From Trypanosoma brucei (Eukaryota), in contig CM000207.1 in the NCBI GenBank assembly GCA_000002445.1, forward strand, positions 1,632,001 to 1,696,000: DNA of 64,000 bases, read 5' to 3'. Shown here in pieces: positions 19,177 to 31,729 of this stretch; positions within the stretch are counted from its first letter, which is position 1, and each line of letters opens with the position of its first letter. The notes beneath the pieces are model-generated. The model was not told where the DNA came from. It made no database searches and saw nothing but the letters and a program-made list of their open reading frames with translations. Both the position numbers and the translations under genes were made by a program.

Positions 19177-21969
19177 ACAAGTACCTTGTTCTCTTAACTT
19201 TATTTACTTTCTTCTTCCCCTCTCCCTTTGAAGGTCTATCAACTAAGTGGCACTGGATACCTTTTGTTTGCTCTTCCTTACTTTTGTGTTTTTTTTGTTA
19301 GCTACTATATTTATTTTTATTTTTGTTATATTTTTTTAGAGGCTGGACAAAGACTATCACACCAGGGGGGTGTGAAAATACCAAAGAAGAAAAAAAGAAA
19401 GCAACATATAGCGAAGTTGAAAGCAAAAAAAGTCATTGCGAGAAAAGCAGCAGCGGAGATAATAATTTAATGCACCCAAACGCACATACAGGTAAATGTA
19501 CGCGCGTCTGCCCGTATCTCTGCAACTCGCACAGCGCATGCTCGTATTTCATGAATCCTTTTTTTCATATGACCATTAGTTCAGCACTCGCTCTGTGTAT
19601 CTCTGTATGAATATGCATAAATAAATAAATCAAAACAAACATATAAATACATGCACATGCGCATATATACATATACATGCTTGTGGTTTTGTTTGTTTGA
19701 ACAGATAGGGGAGAATAAAATGGTAGAAAATGTGAAATTGGGCACCTCCTCCTTCTCTTCACCCGTTTTTTTCCTCTCCTTCATAGCACTCAGGGATAAT
19801 CGCGCCGCAACAGACAAGAACCTGTGGTATAAATAAGAACAAACGAAAAAGGAGAAGGCTTGGAAAATAATAGGAAGAGGTTAAAGGGGAAAATAATAAC
19901 AATGTCACAAGAGGCAGAACCACGATCGGGAGCAAAGGTGACAACCACGCAAGCGAATAAAGAAATGAGAGAGTTTAGCCCCCCCCCTTTTGCTCCTTAA
20001 CCTTCCCTTCATTCTTTCATGTTTCATTTATTTTGTTGTTGTTTATTTTCTCTCCCTCACTCTATCCTTCTTTCATTTTCTTCGAGGAGGAGAAGGAGGA
20101 AGGAGATTATGTCCAGTTCTCTTTTTTTTTTTTTTCCTTCTCCCCTTCCTTCTCTTTTCTACTGTAGCTTTCTCAAATCTGTTTTCACAACGGTTCCACA
20201 GAAGATGGGTGGTGCTTGCTCTGATATGCGCGGCGCTGAATCAATCAATGCGTCGGTGAAACGGACAGTAGAATGTAAGAAAGAGAGAAAGAGAGCGAGT
20301 AAAAGAATAGAGATAGGGAATGGGATTTGAAATACCGACAAAAAAGAAACAAAGAAAAAAAACATTCAGACTCACCACATAAATATTTATGAAAAACAAT
20401 CACCGATTTCATTATCCCTCCACACACACACACACGCATCTGGGTAATGCATACAGCAATGGGGGAAATGAAAGAGAAGAGAAGAAACAACGGGAAAGAT
20501 GAATCAAACAAAAAAATAAATTAATAATAACCCCAACGGAACACAAAAAAATTGTTGCGAACTCGTTGGTGGTCTGGCATGGGAGTTAATGTGAACCACA
20601 GCGAAGGTGGGAGCAACCTAAAAGGGCTAAGACAGGGAAACTCACACGGGCGTGGTCAACGAACAAGGAGGGGGAAAGACATTTGTTGTCAAGTAACAAT
20701 GAAAAAACAGTAATAATAATAATAATAAACAAAAGCAAATAAGGCAGCGGCTCCTGCGGTAATTAATGTGGTTACAGTTTTGTTGAATTTTGTTCATCAT
20801 CTTTTCCCCACACCCCTTTCCCCCCCACCTCCTCTCCACCTCTTGTGTCCTCTGGTCTCTTCACTTCCCTTAAGCCATCGCACCCTACCTCAACTCACTA
20901 CTCTCTCCTTCTTCATAGTTCTTATCTCAAAATGCAAAAAAAAATGCACAAACACAAATGTGAAAGGAGATAAAAGAGAGGACGAAAACAAGTAACATAC
21001 ATAAACACACACGCGCCTAAAAGCATAAGCAGGAACATGGCCCCCTTCATTTTCATTGTCCCTTCTTTCTCTCCTTCTCCACGATCCACCGTCCTCAGCT
21101 TCGTTACACACCCTTCAGCACACTAAAGGCACATGCGTACACATACATTACATACATGTACATACACACAAATACTTCATTCCTCACATACATCATATAC
21201 ATATATATATGTATATTTGTAGACACGCGCCCTCGGTGAATGACGCGCAGCGGCTAAACTGCAAAATTGTGTCTGTACGCTAAATTCCCTCCCCGTAACC
21301 CTCCTCTTTATCACCCCCCCCCCAACACAAACACCTTTCCTTGACACTTTGATGCATACACAACAAATGCCCTATTCCCTTCTCCCCATAGGTATTCCTT
21401 CTTGCAACGCTTTATTCCCCCAGGGGTACATGTTTTACCCATAACTTACGCACCGCTAACAGTGGCACATTTTCTCCAATTATTTTTGTCTTCCCTTCGC
21501 TGCAAAGTTCCTACACCCTGCCACCTACTTGCCTGCCTATTACGTTTCCTCTGAGCTTAATACTGGTGTATGCTCGTCTACAGCTACCACAAATGGCATC
21601 CACACAACCGATTCACCTTTCAATTTTGTGGGTTAGTCCAAAAACGCACGTAAAAAAAACCGCAAACCAAACACCCTATACACACACGACAGACTCACCC
21701 TCACACACACCACTTAATATGACAGCTCCTACATGGTCATCTCAATCCTTTTCGTCTCTCTCTCGCCCTTATCATTTTTTTAATCACTATCACTACCCCA
21801 TTACCAGTTCATCAATTCATCGGTAACGCTGAGTAGTTCTTCCACTACCACACGACAGGTATGGCACCGTAATGCACATTGTCACGGGGCCGCCGAATGC
21901 CAAGGAATGCACATCACTAATCATATTGACTTACCCCTCGTGGCACGTAGCTGAGGGCAATAACACCTG

Positions 21970-22887
21970 TCAGTAACCCAAAAGCCTCGGGTTCGGCGTG
22001 CCGTCGGGGGAAAGTCTTGTAGACATATCATCCCCGCTCATCTCCACGTATGGCGCTGTGTCTGTCCTGCAGTTCATGAGAGCTGAAGGAGCGCGGGCCG
22101 ACGAACCCCTGCTCGCGTTGCACAATAACACGGTATCGGGCGATTGTCTCACGTCCGTCAGTTCCTTAGCTGGGCCCACAGCGCGGAAAGCTGCAGAGAT
22201 GGCCGGACGTTTCCTTCTCGCAGTAGAGTCCACCACCCGCGGCCTCCCTGTTGCAGCGGCAGAAGAAACAGCTGTTGGAGTGGTCGTGGGGGATGGCTGT
22301 GAACGAATGCTCACTGCCCTCATGACGCTGGACGTATTCCGACGAGGTGTGCCATCAGGGACCCTAGTAAGCGACAGTGACGTGCCCCGCAGTACCTTTT
22401 CGGGAGAAATAGACCGTCCAGCCCGCACTTGCCGCGTGGGTTTGTTGTGCCATGTACTCCCGTTTCGCTGGGGAGTGCGACTTTTGGGCCGCTCTCTGCT
22501 GGCTACCCGAATGCCCTTGCTTTCGCAGATCACCTTATGTATGTGTGCACGTTGAGCATTGTCTTCCCACATACGACTCCAAAACAGATCCGTCTGCTTC
22601 GGGGTACAAGGGGGTTGGGGAAAAGAGCCTGTTGTGCGCCCAGGTGAGAACAAGGCGGAGCTACGCAGCGGTGATATCTTCATCCCCTTTTCTTTTCCAG
22701 TGATGCTACAAGCGATATCGCCGCTTGCGTGCTTTTGTGTGCCGTTGCTGTCGGTGCTGAGGCCCTTGCAGAACCGAGACCGTTCCGCACTACCGCGTCG
22801 CAATGCGGAGGCTGGATACTCACGCCGCAAAACAGGTGTGACACGACGGTCTGGAGTATTCTGCCTTGATGATGCCAGCGTGGACAT
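21970..22887 (-). CDS. Hypothetical Ser/Arg/Pro/Thr-rich protein (305 aa)
   Basis: ORF in the unit's orientation. The track start is a TTG; the first ATG is at 22885-22887. Low-complexity basic composition. The overlapping plus-strand ORF 21998..22555 was judged spurious. Confidence 0.4.
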   Translation of the reverse strand: MSTLASSRQNTPDRRVTPVLRREYPASALRRGSAERSRFCKGLSTDSNGTQKHASGDIACSITGKEKGMKISPLRSSALFSPGRTTGSFPQPPCTPKQTDLFWSRMWEDNAQRAHIHKVICESKGIRVASRERPKSRTPQRNGSTWHNKPTRQVRAGRSISPEKVLRGTSLSLTRVPDGTPRRNTSSVMRAVSIRSQPSPTTTPTAVSSAAATGRPRVVDSTARRKRPAISAAFRAVGPAKELTDVRQSPDTVLLCNASRGSSARAPSALMNCRTDTAPYVEMSGDDMSTRLSPDGTPNPRLLGY

Positions 22888-23565
22888 TGGTTGTTTGAAC
22901 AATTGGTGCAGTAACCACGTTCCCTTCGCTACTTCCCTGTTGCCCTCCTTTGGGATTTCTTCGCTTCAAGAAAAAGAGGTCTCCTGACTCTCTTCTACTC
23001 GTGTTTCTTTCACCCCCGCCTTTATCGCTACGGTAACACAGCACTGTAAGAACCCGCAACCTCTGCCAAATATTTGAACACCTTCCGCTTGGGCTGAACA
23101 ACAAGCTACGTCCGGGACACCGCAGCAATGTGGAATGGGTTGAGGCGACAGTCGCAATTCCTCTCCCCTGTTGCACTCTTTCTTTTTCGGTTTTATATTT
23201 CTTTGTTTGCTCTTCCGAATATTATGAATTTGTTGTTGGTACTTCTCACCTTCCTCCCTTAAACCACCGAAACACAACCTCAGATTCCTTTACCTTCAAG
23301 TGTATTTGGTAATCTGACAAGAGCAGACCTAAACCAAAAAAAAAAACCGGCAATAGGATGTAGAAAAGAGCAGATGAAGGCATCAACATCACCAAATATT
23401 TGCAATGACGATAATTAAAAAACCTACCCCTGTGTGAAGTCAGTAAGTTAACAGGAAAGCGAAACGCGGCCCCTGGAGAGCGCTGTCACACGTTTCCACT
23501 GCTCGGGACTATGCTCCCACTACCGCAAGCTCCCGTTTTCCCAAGTAACAGTGCAAGTGAGAATT

Positions 23566-25503
23566 TTATATCCCGCTCATCGCCAAACGGACAGCGACAT
23601 TGGAAAGATGAGGCATGCTCCACATCGAACAAAGCGTTTCCATGGCGCTGAAAGCCCACCCGGTTACCTCCGCGCCTGTGTTAGGTGTCTTGTTGCAATG
23701 TGGAAGAAGCAAAGCAAAGTACAAACGCCCTCCATCCATGTCCTCGTAACTCCGTAGGACGTAAAAGGCGGAGTTACTATCGCCAACAAAGTACATCCTT
23801 CTCCCCGGTGACTTAAGCGCCTGCAGTGCTACAGATTGGATTAACGCCCTTTCCTGCTCAAGGCGCTTTTCCGCATCATCGGATAACCGTCTTTGCGGGA
23901 ACACACAGTTTACCACCCAGTGCTCCAGCTGCTTCATTTCACTATCTTCATTGGCCTGTCCCCCGCCGTTGGAACGTTCCTTGGCTGCAGAAACTGTCAT
24001 GTTAGATGTGATAGCACCAAAATTGTAGTGGTGCCGGTACCATGCACGTTTCCCAGGTCGCCGTGTGCAGTCGCTCACTAAGAGGAAAGTTGTCCCGTTT
24101 CGTTCGCGTGTTATACTCAAAAGCAATTGCACCAAGCACCGGCAGCCCCTCGTTAGCACAAAGTCGCAATCTGATCCCAATACAGGAGATAAACATAAAC
24201 CAAAAGGTGGTGTCAACTTTACTGGTATCTGACGCGGACCGTCGTCGCTACGGCGCCGAAATGAATTACCGCGCCAAGCCTCTAAACCGGCCATTAATAA
24301 GTCATAGGGGCTGGTGAAACGGAGCTGGCGGCCAGAATTCCGAACCGCTGCTGGCGGTCCGCTCGTTGATGCACCGTTTTGACGCGCATTTTTTTCTTTT
24401 TCTCCCTCACTTTTCGCCACACTTTCACCTTCTGGTAAAGGTGTAACGTTTGAGGATGGAATCTGACACTCATTTTCCACTCTGTTCTGCTCATCGATGG
24501 CCGGTGAGCCACCCTTCAATCGATCACGGGACGTGGGCTCTTTCTTATGGGAAAAGGATGTTAAGCAGTTTCTGAATAGAAATGAGAGTCGGCTTTGCAG
24601 ACCCCACACGATGTTCAACATTATCCATATGAATGGACACCGCATATGGAACAGGGCGGGTAACGCAAAAGCTTTAGAGGAAGTAGAGTTCGACTGCAGA
24701 GATCGCGGAAATTTGCAGACCACCTGACTCTCAAAATTGTGGTAATGAGAAAGTTCCGCAAGGCGACTCGGAGTAAGCAAGCCTAATTCCTCCCACAACT
24801 TCTGCTGCTTCGCCATCTCCCGCTGCATCGTTCGGGCCATGTGCACGTAACGAACAGCAACCATTACGTTCACGCACCGAAAGGAGTTCTCCACTATCTC
24901 AGCCACGCACCGCAGGAGCTCGATCCGCACTGCGAGGGTGTGTTGTAAAATATAAAGGAAGTACGTGAAACTCGGTGCTTTCCCCAACTCAATCTCCGCA
25001 AGAGTTCGCTGAGAGCCCTCTTTCGCGTCCTGCATCCACTTCAGGTTGGCCGCAGTGCTTACCTCCGACCAATGTACCGCAAACACGTGGGGCGGGAACT
25101 CCGCACGACCCCCCGATGAATATGTCGCCCCGAATAATCGTAACCATAACCTTCTGAACTCATTGAGATGGTTAGTGTACGATATAGCGGCCACAGCATC
25201 TTCGCCTCGAAGAAAGCTACCATCGGCAGCCTCTAACGACTCACCAAGTTTCTTCCAGTTATCCTGACAAACGTTAAGTGCCCCATCAAATGCCTCGGTA
25301 GACCCACTTAGGGCGCGTGACAGGCCGATAAGGGACGATACGGCTTTGTCGACAATGGCAGGCAAGTAGCGGAGGTGTGACCCTCGTCGCCGAGCCTCCT
25401 GTGGGCCTGCAAGACTTAAAATTGCCTCTTGGGCAACGTCTAGCATTCCAGAGTGAAACAAGCTCATCTTTACATTTTTATGGACATTTACCTTATCGCT
25501 CAT
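23566..25503 (-). CDS. Conserved hypothetical protein (645 aa)
   Basis: Long ORF with ATG at 25501-25503, complex composition, in the unit's orientation. Confidence 0.65.
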   Translation of the reverse strand: MSDKVNVHKNVKMSLFHSGMLDVAQEAILSLAGPQEARRRGSHLRYLPAIVDKAVSSLIGLSRALSGSTEAFDGALNVCQDNWKKLGESLEAADGSFLRGEDAVAAISYTNHLNEFRRLWLRLFGATYSSGGRAEFPPHVFAVHWSEVSTAANLKWMQDAKEGSQRTLAEIELGKAPSFTYFLYILQHTLAVRIELLRCVAEIVENSFRCVNVMVAVRYVHMARTMQREMAKQQKLWEELGLLTPSRLAELSHYHNFESQVVCKFPRSLQSNSTSSKAFALPALFHMRCPFIWIMLNIVWGLQSRLSFLFRNCLTSFSHKKEPTSRDRLKGGSPAIDEQNRVENECQIPSSNVTPLPEGESVAKSEGEKEKNARQNGASTSGPPAAVRNSGRQLRFTSPYDLLMAGLEAWRGNSFRRRSDDGPRQIPVKLTPPFGLCLSPVLGSDCDFVLTRGCRCLVQLLLSITRERNGTTFLLVSDCTRRPGKRAWYRHHYNFGAITSNMTVSAAKERSNGGGQANEDSEMKQLEHWVVNCVFPQRRLSDDAEKRLEQERALIQSVALQALKSPGRRMYFVGDSNSAFYVLRSYEDMDGGRLYFALLLPHCNKTPNTGAEVTGWAFSAMETLCSMWSMPHLSNVAVRLAMSGI

Positions 25504-25739
25504 CAGCTAGTGTATTGCTTCCTTAGCGGCTCAACAAGGATGCAGCGAGCAGGAAGAAACGCGATAAGCACAAGGACCAAAAACCGGCTTATGTTTTGAA
25601 AACCAAAATAACACGTTACGTCGCTCCACCACGCACCCGTGCAATGTCGCGGGCTAGTGCAGGCGAAAGTGCAAAAAGGGGGGAATTTCTCCCATACCTC
25701 GACAGAACCATCATACCTCCCCTCCCGTCAGTTGGTGTC

Positions 25740-26288
25740 TTAACTCTTCCGAGAGGGTCGTGTGCTCACCAGGTTGTCATAGATACTTCGAACCCACGGA
25801 TGCTTAATTTTTTCCCCCGAAACATAAAACGAATCAAAGTTTAACTCAGGATGTGTCTTCTCGTATGCATGCGCCTGCGTCACCATTTCCAAGAGATCAA
25901 TGTCTCTGAGAAAGCGTGCCTCTGGGGTTCCCTGAGTTTCGTACTCTTCCCATAATTCCTGTAATTCCTTTTCCAAAGGGGAGTCATGCGGGAGGAGTCC
26001 TCTAAGGTGCAATATCGCCTCCTTTTCCCTCTTGTGTTTCTCTGCAGCCGGAACACCCATTTTGGGAGAGATGTCACCAATTATACTCTCACCAACATCG
26101 TGACAGAGCGCCATGCGTACAAGCCTGTCCCTATTGAGGGATGAGTCCGGGCACATCATACACAAAAGGGCAGCACGGTACATGTGATCAGAAACGGACT
26201 CGGGCTGATGGACACCGGTTTCCACCCAACCAGTTCGCATCGTTTCTTTCAGCTTCCCAACCGTGTGGAGGAATTCGATCGTGTCCAT
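25740..26288 (-). CDS. HD-domain phosphohydrolase (HDDC2 / YfbR-like 5'-deoxynucleotidase family), 182 aa
   Basis: HD motif block (SVSDHMYRAALLCMM, ALCHDVGESIIGDISP) is typical of HDDC2. The track start is a TTG; the first ATG is at 26286-26288 (MDTIEFLHT...). Confidence 0.8.
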   Translation of the reverse strand: MDTIEFLHTVGKLKETMRTGWVETGVHQPESVSDHMYRAALLCMMCPDSSLNRDRLVRMALCHDVGESIIGDISPKMGVPAAEKHKREKEAILHLRGLLPHDSPLEKELQELWEEYETQGTPEARFLRDIDLLEMVTQAHAYEKTHPELNFDSFYVSGEKIKHPWVRSIYDNLVSTRPSRKS

Positions 26289-26772
26289 CTCTCGTACGGG
26301 AAGTAACCTCAACTACACACATGAAACAAGGAAAAAGAAGAACACCAGTATCCAAAACAAACAATTGCATAGCGAAAGCAAACACCTGAAACTGAGTCAT
26401 AAACCTGCAAGTAATGAAGTAAGTAATGCGGCAGCAGACACAGCACAATCCCACAGGGAAACTGATCGCAAATGGGCCACCACTCAGGACACCGAGCCGA
26501 CGAAGCAGTATTTAGGCGTTACGATCGTAATCCCAACTACGATAACTCACATACTCCCGCCACCGAACGAGGCGGAAATAGTGCCAACGACAACAACAAT
26601 AATAATGGTGATAGATGAGGGAACGAGAGAATAGCAGGCCACAGCGCTTGCACACCAACAGTCAAACTCGTTTTTCTTGTCTTTCTGACTATCGCGATGC
26701 TGAACTCACACGTCAAGGGGTAACCACACATTTTTTAAATCCAGCTTCCTTTGTTTTGCTTACCCAGTGCAA

Positions 26773-26794
26773 ATATATATATATATATATATAT
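26773..26794. repeat. (AT)n microsatellite
   Basis: aaatatatatatatatatatatatat. Confidence 0.85.
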
Positions 26795-26811
26795 CAATAA
26801 TACCGACAACC

Positions 26812-28188
26812 TCATGTGAAGGACACGGGTCTCCCGTGAGAATCGAGGAGAGGCTCGTCATAACCGAGAGCTTTGCGAAGTGTTACACCCTTGAAGGATT
26901 TCATAGACCGCAAAAGTTTTCCATCGGCGCCATCGTACACAACCATCATGCCATCCCCTTCCCTTGCGGTGGGAGGTGCGGCAGCGAATTCAATGTGGAC
27001 GTCGGAATGGAACTCATCCATGAAGGACCACTTTTTGATTCGCTCGAAGATCTCCCGATTTGGTTTACCTCCTTCAATAACGACATCGATTTGGGTGAGC
27101 TTTTCCGAAGCCCCAAGTACACGGCGCCATTGCGGGCGGTCCGTCGTGCGCACGAAAACGTTAATTATGGTCTCGTAGTCACATAGCAAGAGGTGAAGCT
27201 CCAGTTGCGCCACCTGCGGTATCTTTGGGCGTCTCAGCAGCAGCTTTGCCGCTTCCGCAGGCTCCACACGCCTCATTACGAGCTTTCGTGTATCAAACCC
27301 GCAGCGAAGAGTACGATCATAAAGATCCTCTACGACATCACCAGATTTACGTTTTAAATCCGTATTGCGATCTTTGGGGCGCAGACGCTTTTGTTTCGCG
27401 AGCTCCACCATCTCAGGGTACGTAAGGAACTTGCTAGTACGTTGTCCGGGGTTAACCAATATACCGAACTGCGATGATGATAACGCTATGGTGGCGAGCG
27501 CACTTAGGTGGTGAATGGACCCAACCGCGGTGACGGGAAAGGGAAGCTTACAGAACTCCTCGTAGCGTGTACCCATTCGAGGTACTGGAAACCAGCACGA
27601 CTCAAATGCATCTACCCGACCAAAGTAGTGATCAAGATATTCCTCCATTGAGAAAACTGGAAGGACAAGCATCCCGTTCGGCATTTCCATCAGTACGGGA
27701 AGTCGCTTCTCTTCACATTCATCTAGATTAATCCATAACTTCTTTCCCTTGGGGAAGACATCCGTCGCATCCTTCTGCAGTTCACAGCACATCTCTGTGG
27801 TACGAAGGAAAAGATACACTTCCTGCCAACCCTCATGATCAGGCCCCTCATTGTGGACGGTGTCCAGTGCGGCTCTCAATCGGTCCAGTTTCGCGTGATT
27901 CCTCATAAATTGATTGCTCACCATAATTTCTTTTGTCATATGCATCCGCTGTTCCTCTGGAACATAAGGGGGGTCATCTGGAGTAACGTTGTGCGCGTCG
28001 GCGCCGAAGAGTGTCATCGCGTCTTTCAGTCGGTCCGGCACAGGAGGTTGAGCTCGGTAACCTTTATTTGGAATACGACCCTGAAAACGCCGTTGAGACG
28101 CGACGGCGGAATTTATAGTGGTAGCAGCAACTACTTCGCATCGGACGGTGCTGTAAATAGATGAGGTCAGCAGAGCGCACCGGTGCAT
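26812..28188 (-). CDS. Conserved hypothetical protein (458 aa), possibly organellar
   Basis: The track ORF begins at a TTG (28270-28272); the first ATG is at 28186-28188 (MHRCALLTSSIYSTVR...). Basic, hydroxylated N-terminus. Confidence 0.55.
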   Translation of the reverse strand: MHRCALLTSSIYSTVRCEVVAATTINSAVASQRRFQGRIPNKGYRAQPPVPDRLKDAMTLFGADAHNVTPDDPPYVPEEQRMHMTKEIMVSNQFMRNHAKLDRLRAALDTVHNEGPDHEGWQEVYLFLRTTEMCCELQKDATDVFPKGKKLWINLDECEEKRLPVLMEMPNGMLVLPVFSMEEYLDHYFGRVDAFESCWFPVPRMGTRYEEFCKLPFPVTAVGSIHHLSALATIALSSSQFGILVNPGQRTSKFLTYPEMVELAKQKRLRPKDRNTDLKRKSGDVVEDLYDRTLRCGFDTRKLVMRRVEPAEAAKLLLRRPKIPQVAQLELHLLLCDYETIINVFVRTTDRPQWRRVLGASEKLTQIDVVIEGGKPNREIFERIKKWSFMDEFHSDVHIEFAAAPPTAREGDGMMVVYDGADGKLLRSMKSFKGVTLRKALGYDEPLLDSHGRPVSFT

Positions 28189-28598
28189 GTGAACCCGTAC
28201 CACCCCCGCGATCACAGCGTCGAAACGTTTTCCGTTACAGTTGACTCGGGAAGCACACCGCTGCTGGTGCAAAATACCTAAAAGAAAATATTCAAAAAAA
28301 AGAATATGAAATAATGATGTGCAAGCAAATAATCATAGTGAACACCAGTGAGTAAGTGATAAAGAAAAGCAATAAAAGTTGTACGTGCCTTCGCGTAAAG
28401 GGCCAAACTACGATGGAGCGCAACGTGTGGGTCCAGTTTACAGCTGTAAAGAGATTGGAGAGAGAGAATATAGATGGAAAATCACTCTCCGGGCACATGT
28501 TGACTTCCTCTCCGCCTTTTGCGTGCCGTACCGCTCGGTGATCCAAATCTTCACCAAAACACACACGGTGGGTAGTCCTTGGATAATCGACTGGGCTG

Positions 28599-28868
28599 TC
28601 AAGTATTATGCAAATCCCTCTTCCGCGTAGGGTCCACTGCCCGCTCGAGTAGCATGCGCTCTACCCGTACAGGAGATGCATTCTCCACTATTGAAAGATA
28701 TTCCAAATGGTCACGATGCAAAATAATCGTAGCTGCTGTGTCACGGTGCTGATACCGCAACCAGTCATCTTTGGTGCATTCGAGTGTGAGCGTTCCTTCA
28801 TTCTTCAGCAGCGCCTGCTCAATGTGAGGCTGGTAGGTTAGGCCGGGTCGCACAAAAGGATCGCCCAT
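28599..28868 (-). CDS. Small hypothetical protein (89 aa)
   Basis: The track start is a GTG; the first ATG is at 28866-28868 (MGDPFVRPGLTYQ...). Non-repetitive composition, in the unit's orientation. Confidence 0.35.
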   Translation of the reverse strand: MGDPFVRPGLTYQPHIEQALLKNEGTLTLECTKDDWLRYQHRDTAATIILHRDHLEYLSIVENASPVRVERMLLERAVDPTRKRDLHNT

Positions 28869-30252
28869 AGAAACACCCGCGCCCGAGAATGGTGTGGTTA
28901 CGGGAGTATGCAACACTGGATAAATAAATAAATGGATGTAGAAAAGAGAAGGAAATGGTAGTCAACATCATTCCATCACCGAAAGAAGGAATTATAGTTC
29001 GCTACTGCAGGTAGATGTGTTTTCGCTTGACCGTATACGCACACGCTCATATTTACAATATTTGGTTGCAAAACAACGTGGAATAAGCAGCCTATTTCCC
29101 ACAGTGTGAAAACACCGTATACTATACGAAGATATTTACACAATTCTCCCCCCCCCAAAAAAAAAAAACTTGCGCGCAACATACGGCAACAACAATCAGA
29201 AACTAAGCTCACTTTACTCTATGGTTCGGCAACGGGATGCTTAACGAAACACCCGCTCAACGCTTTGGTTTTTACAAAGAAAGGGGGGTATCCTGCCGAC
29301 AAACCACTTGTAGCGGTACACAATAATGGAGTACACCAACAATGGTTCAAGTATTGGTGCTGCACGGAATATCCGCGACACACACACACACACACACACA
29401 TTATTTTATCTAGAGTGTTTGAAACACATCGATTATGTGGATTCTGATCTTTCACACATGTTTGTCCCTTTTTATTTGAACCACCACTCCCTGTGATAAC
29501 ACGCACACAACCTTTACCTTCGTGGGTTCCCCCCCCCTTCAGTCAAATAACAACCGTTGCATATTGCCAACTCCCAGGGGTCTTGTATGGTATCTTCAAA
29601 CCTTGGCACATGTCATCCGCAGCCCGATTCCTCGTCTGCAATCATACACAATCGCAACCACTTCTCCCTACAACAACAGTGCCCACATCAGAATGCCTAT
29701 CATTCCCATCACTGCAAAATTAACTCAAAAACAACACAGTAAAGTTACCAGCCCATGTCGCAAGTTGAAGACGGGCTACATGCGAGAGAGAAAAAAAAAA
29801 CTACGACTTTCGCGGAATCTGCCACCACAAGCGCTGATCCCCCCGCCCCCCCCCCCAATGCTTCCAAAAGCATATTACATATAATTCCCTCCGGGTTGAA
29901 TGCCCGTGTCGCGGCATCTCCGGGTGGGTACATCTGAGCTGCAGCTCACATTCCCGCATGCGAGACGGTTCCACGGTTGAGGTCCATACCTCCGTTCCAA
30001 GTGGAAAGAAATCTCCGCTAAATTCTTCACGTCCACAGCAGCAAGTCCTGTAGACCCAGCTGTAAAGTAACGCTACTCCCTTCACCCAGAAGAGGCCTCC
30101 GGACCCAGCAAACGGACGTCCTGAGGTAAAAGGGATACCCCATCGTCAACCTCCCCATATTAAAAAGTAAAAGTAAAGGATACAATCTTAATGGTGGCCT
30201 AAAACTTTACAAAATACGCATACCGCAACCTCAGGAACATCGGGGCCCGGGC

Positions 30253-31260
30253 TCAACGACGCCTTGAAGAAGACGAGCCCCGAGAGCTTAGCCGGCGACG
30301 CCCTGATACAGTTGTCCGCCCTGAGGGCAGGAGAGGCTCCTTTGCCGCTGCATCCTTTTTCCTGTCGCACTCTTTCTGCCAATTATACAGCCGCCGGACT
30401 AACCGATCCGCCCTTCGGGGCGAAATTGAAAAACCACTAATCACCCTCCTTTCCTCTCTCTGTTGGATAATCTGCCTTCGCAGTTGTTGCCTCACAAGCC
30501 TGCAGCCCCCTTCAAAGCAGAGGCGATCACCCACGTCTGTAAACGGGTCGTCTTTGCGAAGTTTGTCTGCCAACGTCATTGAGTTAGCGGTAAGTGTGGG
30601 ACGAAACGTACAATCAGAATCAGACTTCATCAGTATCACCTGCTCACGCATACGTCTTTTTTCAATGGCCCTGCTTTGTACCTCCTTATAGCATTCATGC
30701 GGCGGCCTGTATCCGCCCGCGCACAGCAGCCTCGACGTTGACGTTATCTTGGGCTTGAATGTTAGTTTATCCTCCTGTTCCTTCAACTTCCTCTCGCTCT
30801 CAGCCCTCTTTTCAGCAATGTGCTTTAGCTGAGCCATCGCAAGAGCGTAAAGCCGCGACCCAGCATTTGTTGCAACAGGTGAAACGCTACGCGAACCGGT
30901 TGAGGGCTCTCCGCCGTGCCCATTTTTTCGCTCCACGTACTTGCTTTGTGCCCTCGCCTTCGAGGCGGTGGTGGGAAGTAACAGATGGCTAAATGCCGCA
31001 GGATCCGAGCGTCTGGCATGTTTCCGTAGTGGTGTGGGTTCCTCTCGCGGACTCGGCGGGGCACGCGCAACCCGCTCCTTACGCAGCGGTGTAGGATTCG
31101 GCACACTGGCCCTCCTAGTTGAAGCACGGCCAAACTTTTGGGTTCCAGAACGAGTTCGAGAGAAGCGACCCCCGTCGCCACCCCATTCATCTATGTAACG
31201 AGTATCATTGTCATCCTTGTAATCGATGGAAACTGAACGACGGTTCACCAAGATACTCAT
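30253..31260 (-). CDS. Hypothetical basic protein (335 aa) with Arg/Ser-rich termini and repeated T-F-K/R-P motifs
   Basis: ATG at 31258-31260. Contains LTFKPKIT and CTFRPTLT motifs and a coiled-coil-like middle. Confidence 0.5.
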   Translation of the reverse strand: MSILVNRRSVSIDYKDDNDTRYIDEWGGDGGRFSRTRSGTQKFGRASTRRASVPNPTPLRKERVARAPPSPREEPTPLRKHARRSDPAAFSHLLLPTTASKARAQSKYVERKNGHGGEPSTGSRSVSPVATNAGSRLYALAMAQLKHIAEKRAESERKLKEQEDKLTFKPKITSTSRLLCAGGYRPPHECYKEVQSRAIEKRRMREQVILMKSDSDCTFRPTLTANSMTLADKLRKDDPFTDVGDRLCFEGGCRLVRQQLRRQIIQQREERRVISGFSISPRRADRLVRRLYNWQKECDRKKDAAAKEPLLPSGRTTVSGRRRLSSRGSSSSRRR

Positions 31261-31729
31261 GGCGCCTCACTCCAGGAAATATCCGTGCAGTAAAGTGGGC
31301 AGAAACCCCTACCTGATATAATCACCAGGTCTGTTGGTGTCCTTTGCAAGGCTCAGACGCATACAAATTGGGGAAGATTGCGTCCGTCGAATGTGAAGCA
31401 AAAGCAGCCAAAAAAAAACAACTCTACAGTCAGAAGCTATAGAAAGTGTAATGCCCTCAAACAATCGTACAGTTAAACGTATGCAACATTTCATATGGTT
31501 GTTGCATACGAGCAACCCCTTAGGAAGGGAGTGATGGCTTTTACTTCTTACTTTTTATTATTCTCTTAACTCAAAGGGAAAGAGAAAATTTATACGTCGG
31601 AAAACACCTCTTTAACACACCTTTCTCCATTCAAATAATGAAACTCTCACTTCGACCGCGCTGGATGCCCACACTACCCTGGTCATTTCTTTTTTTTTTT
31701 CACAACCGCCACTCTTCAATGAGCACATG

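Noticed and set aside
21998-22555. 185-aa plus-strand ORF overlapping the 21970-22887 minus-strand gene
   Set aside because: It is antisense to the unit's orientation and fully overlaps another ORF. GC-rich low-complexity sequences often stay open in several frames. I kept the minus-strand ORF at low confidence instead.
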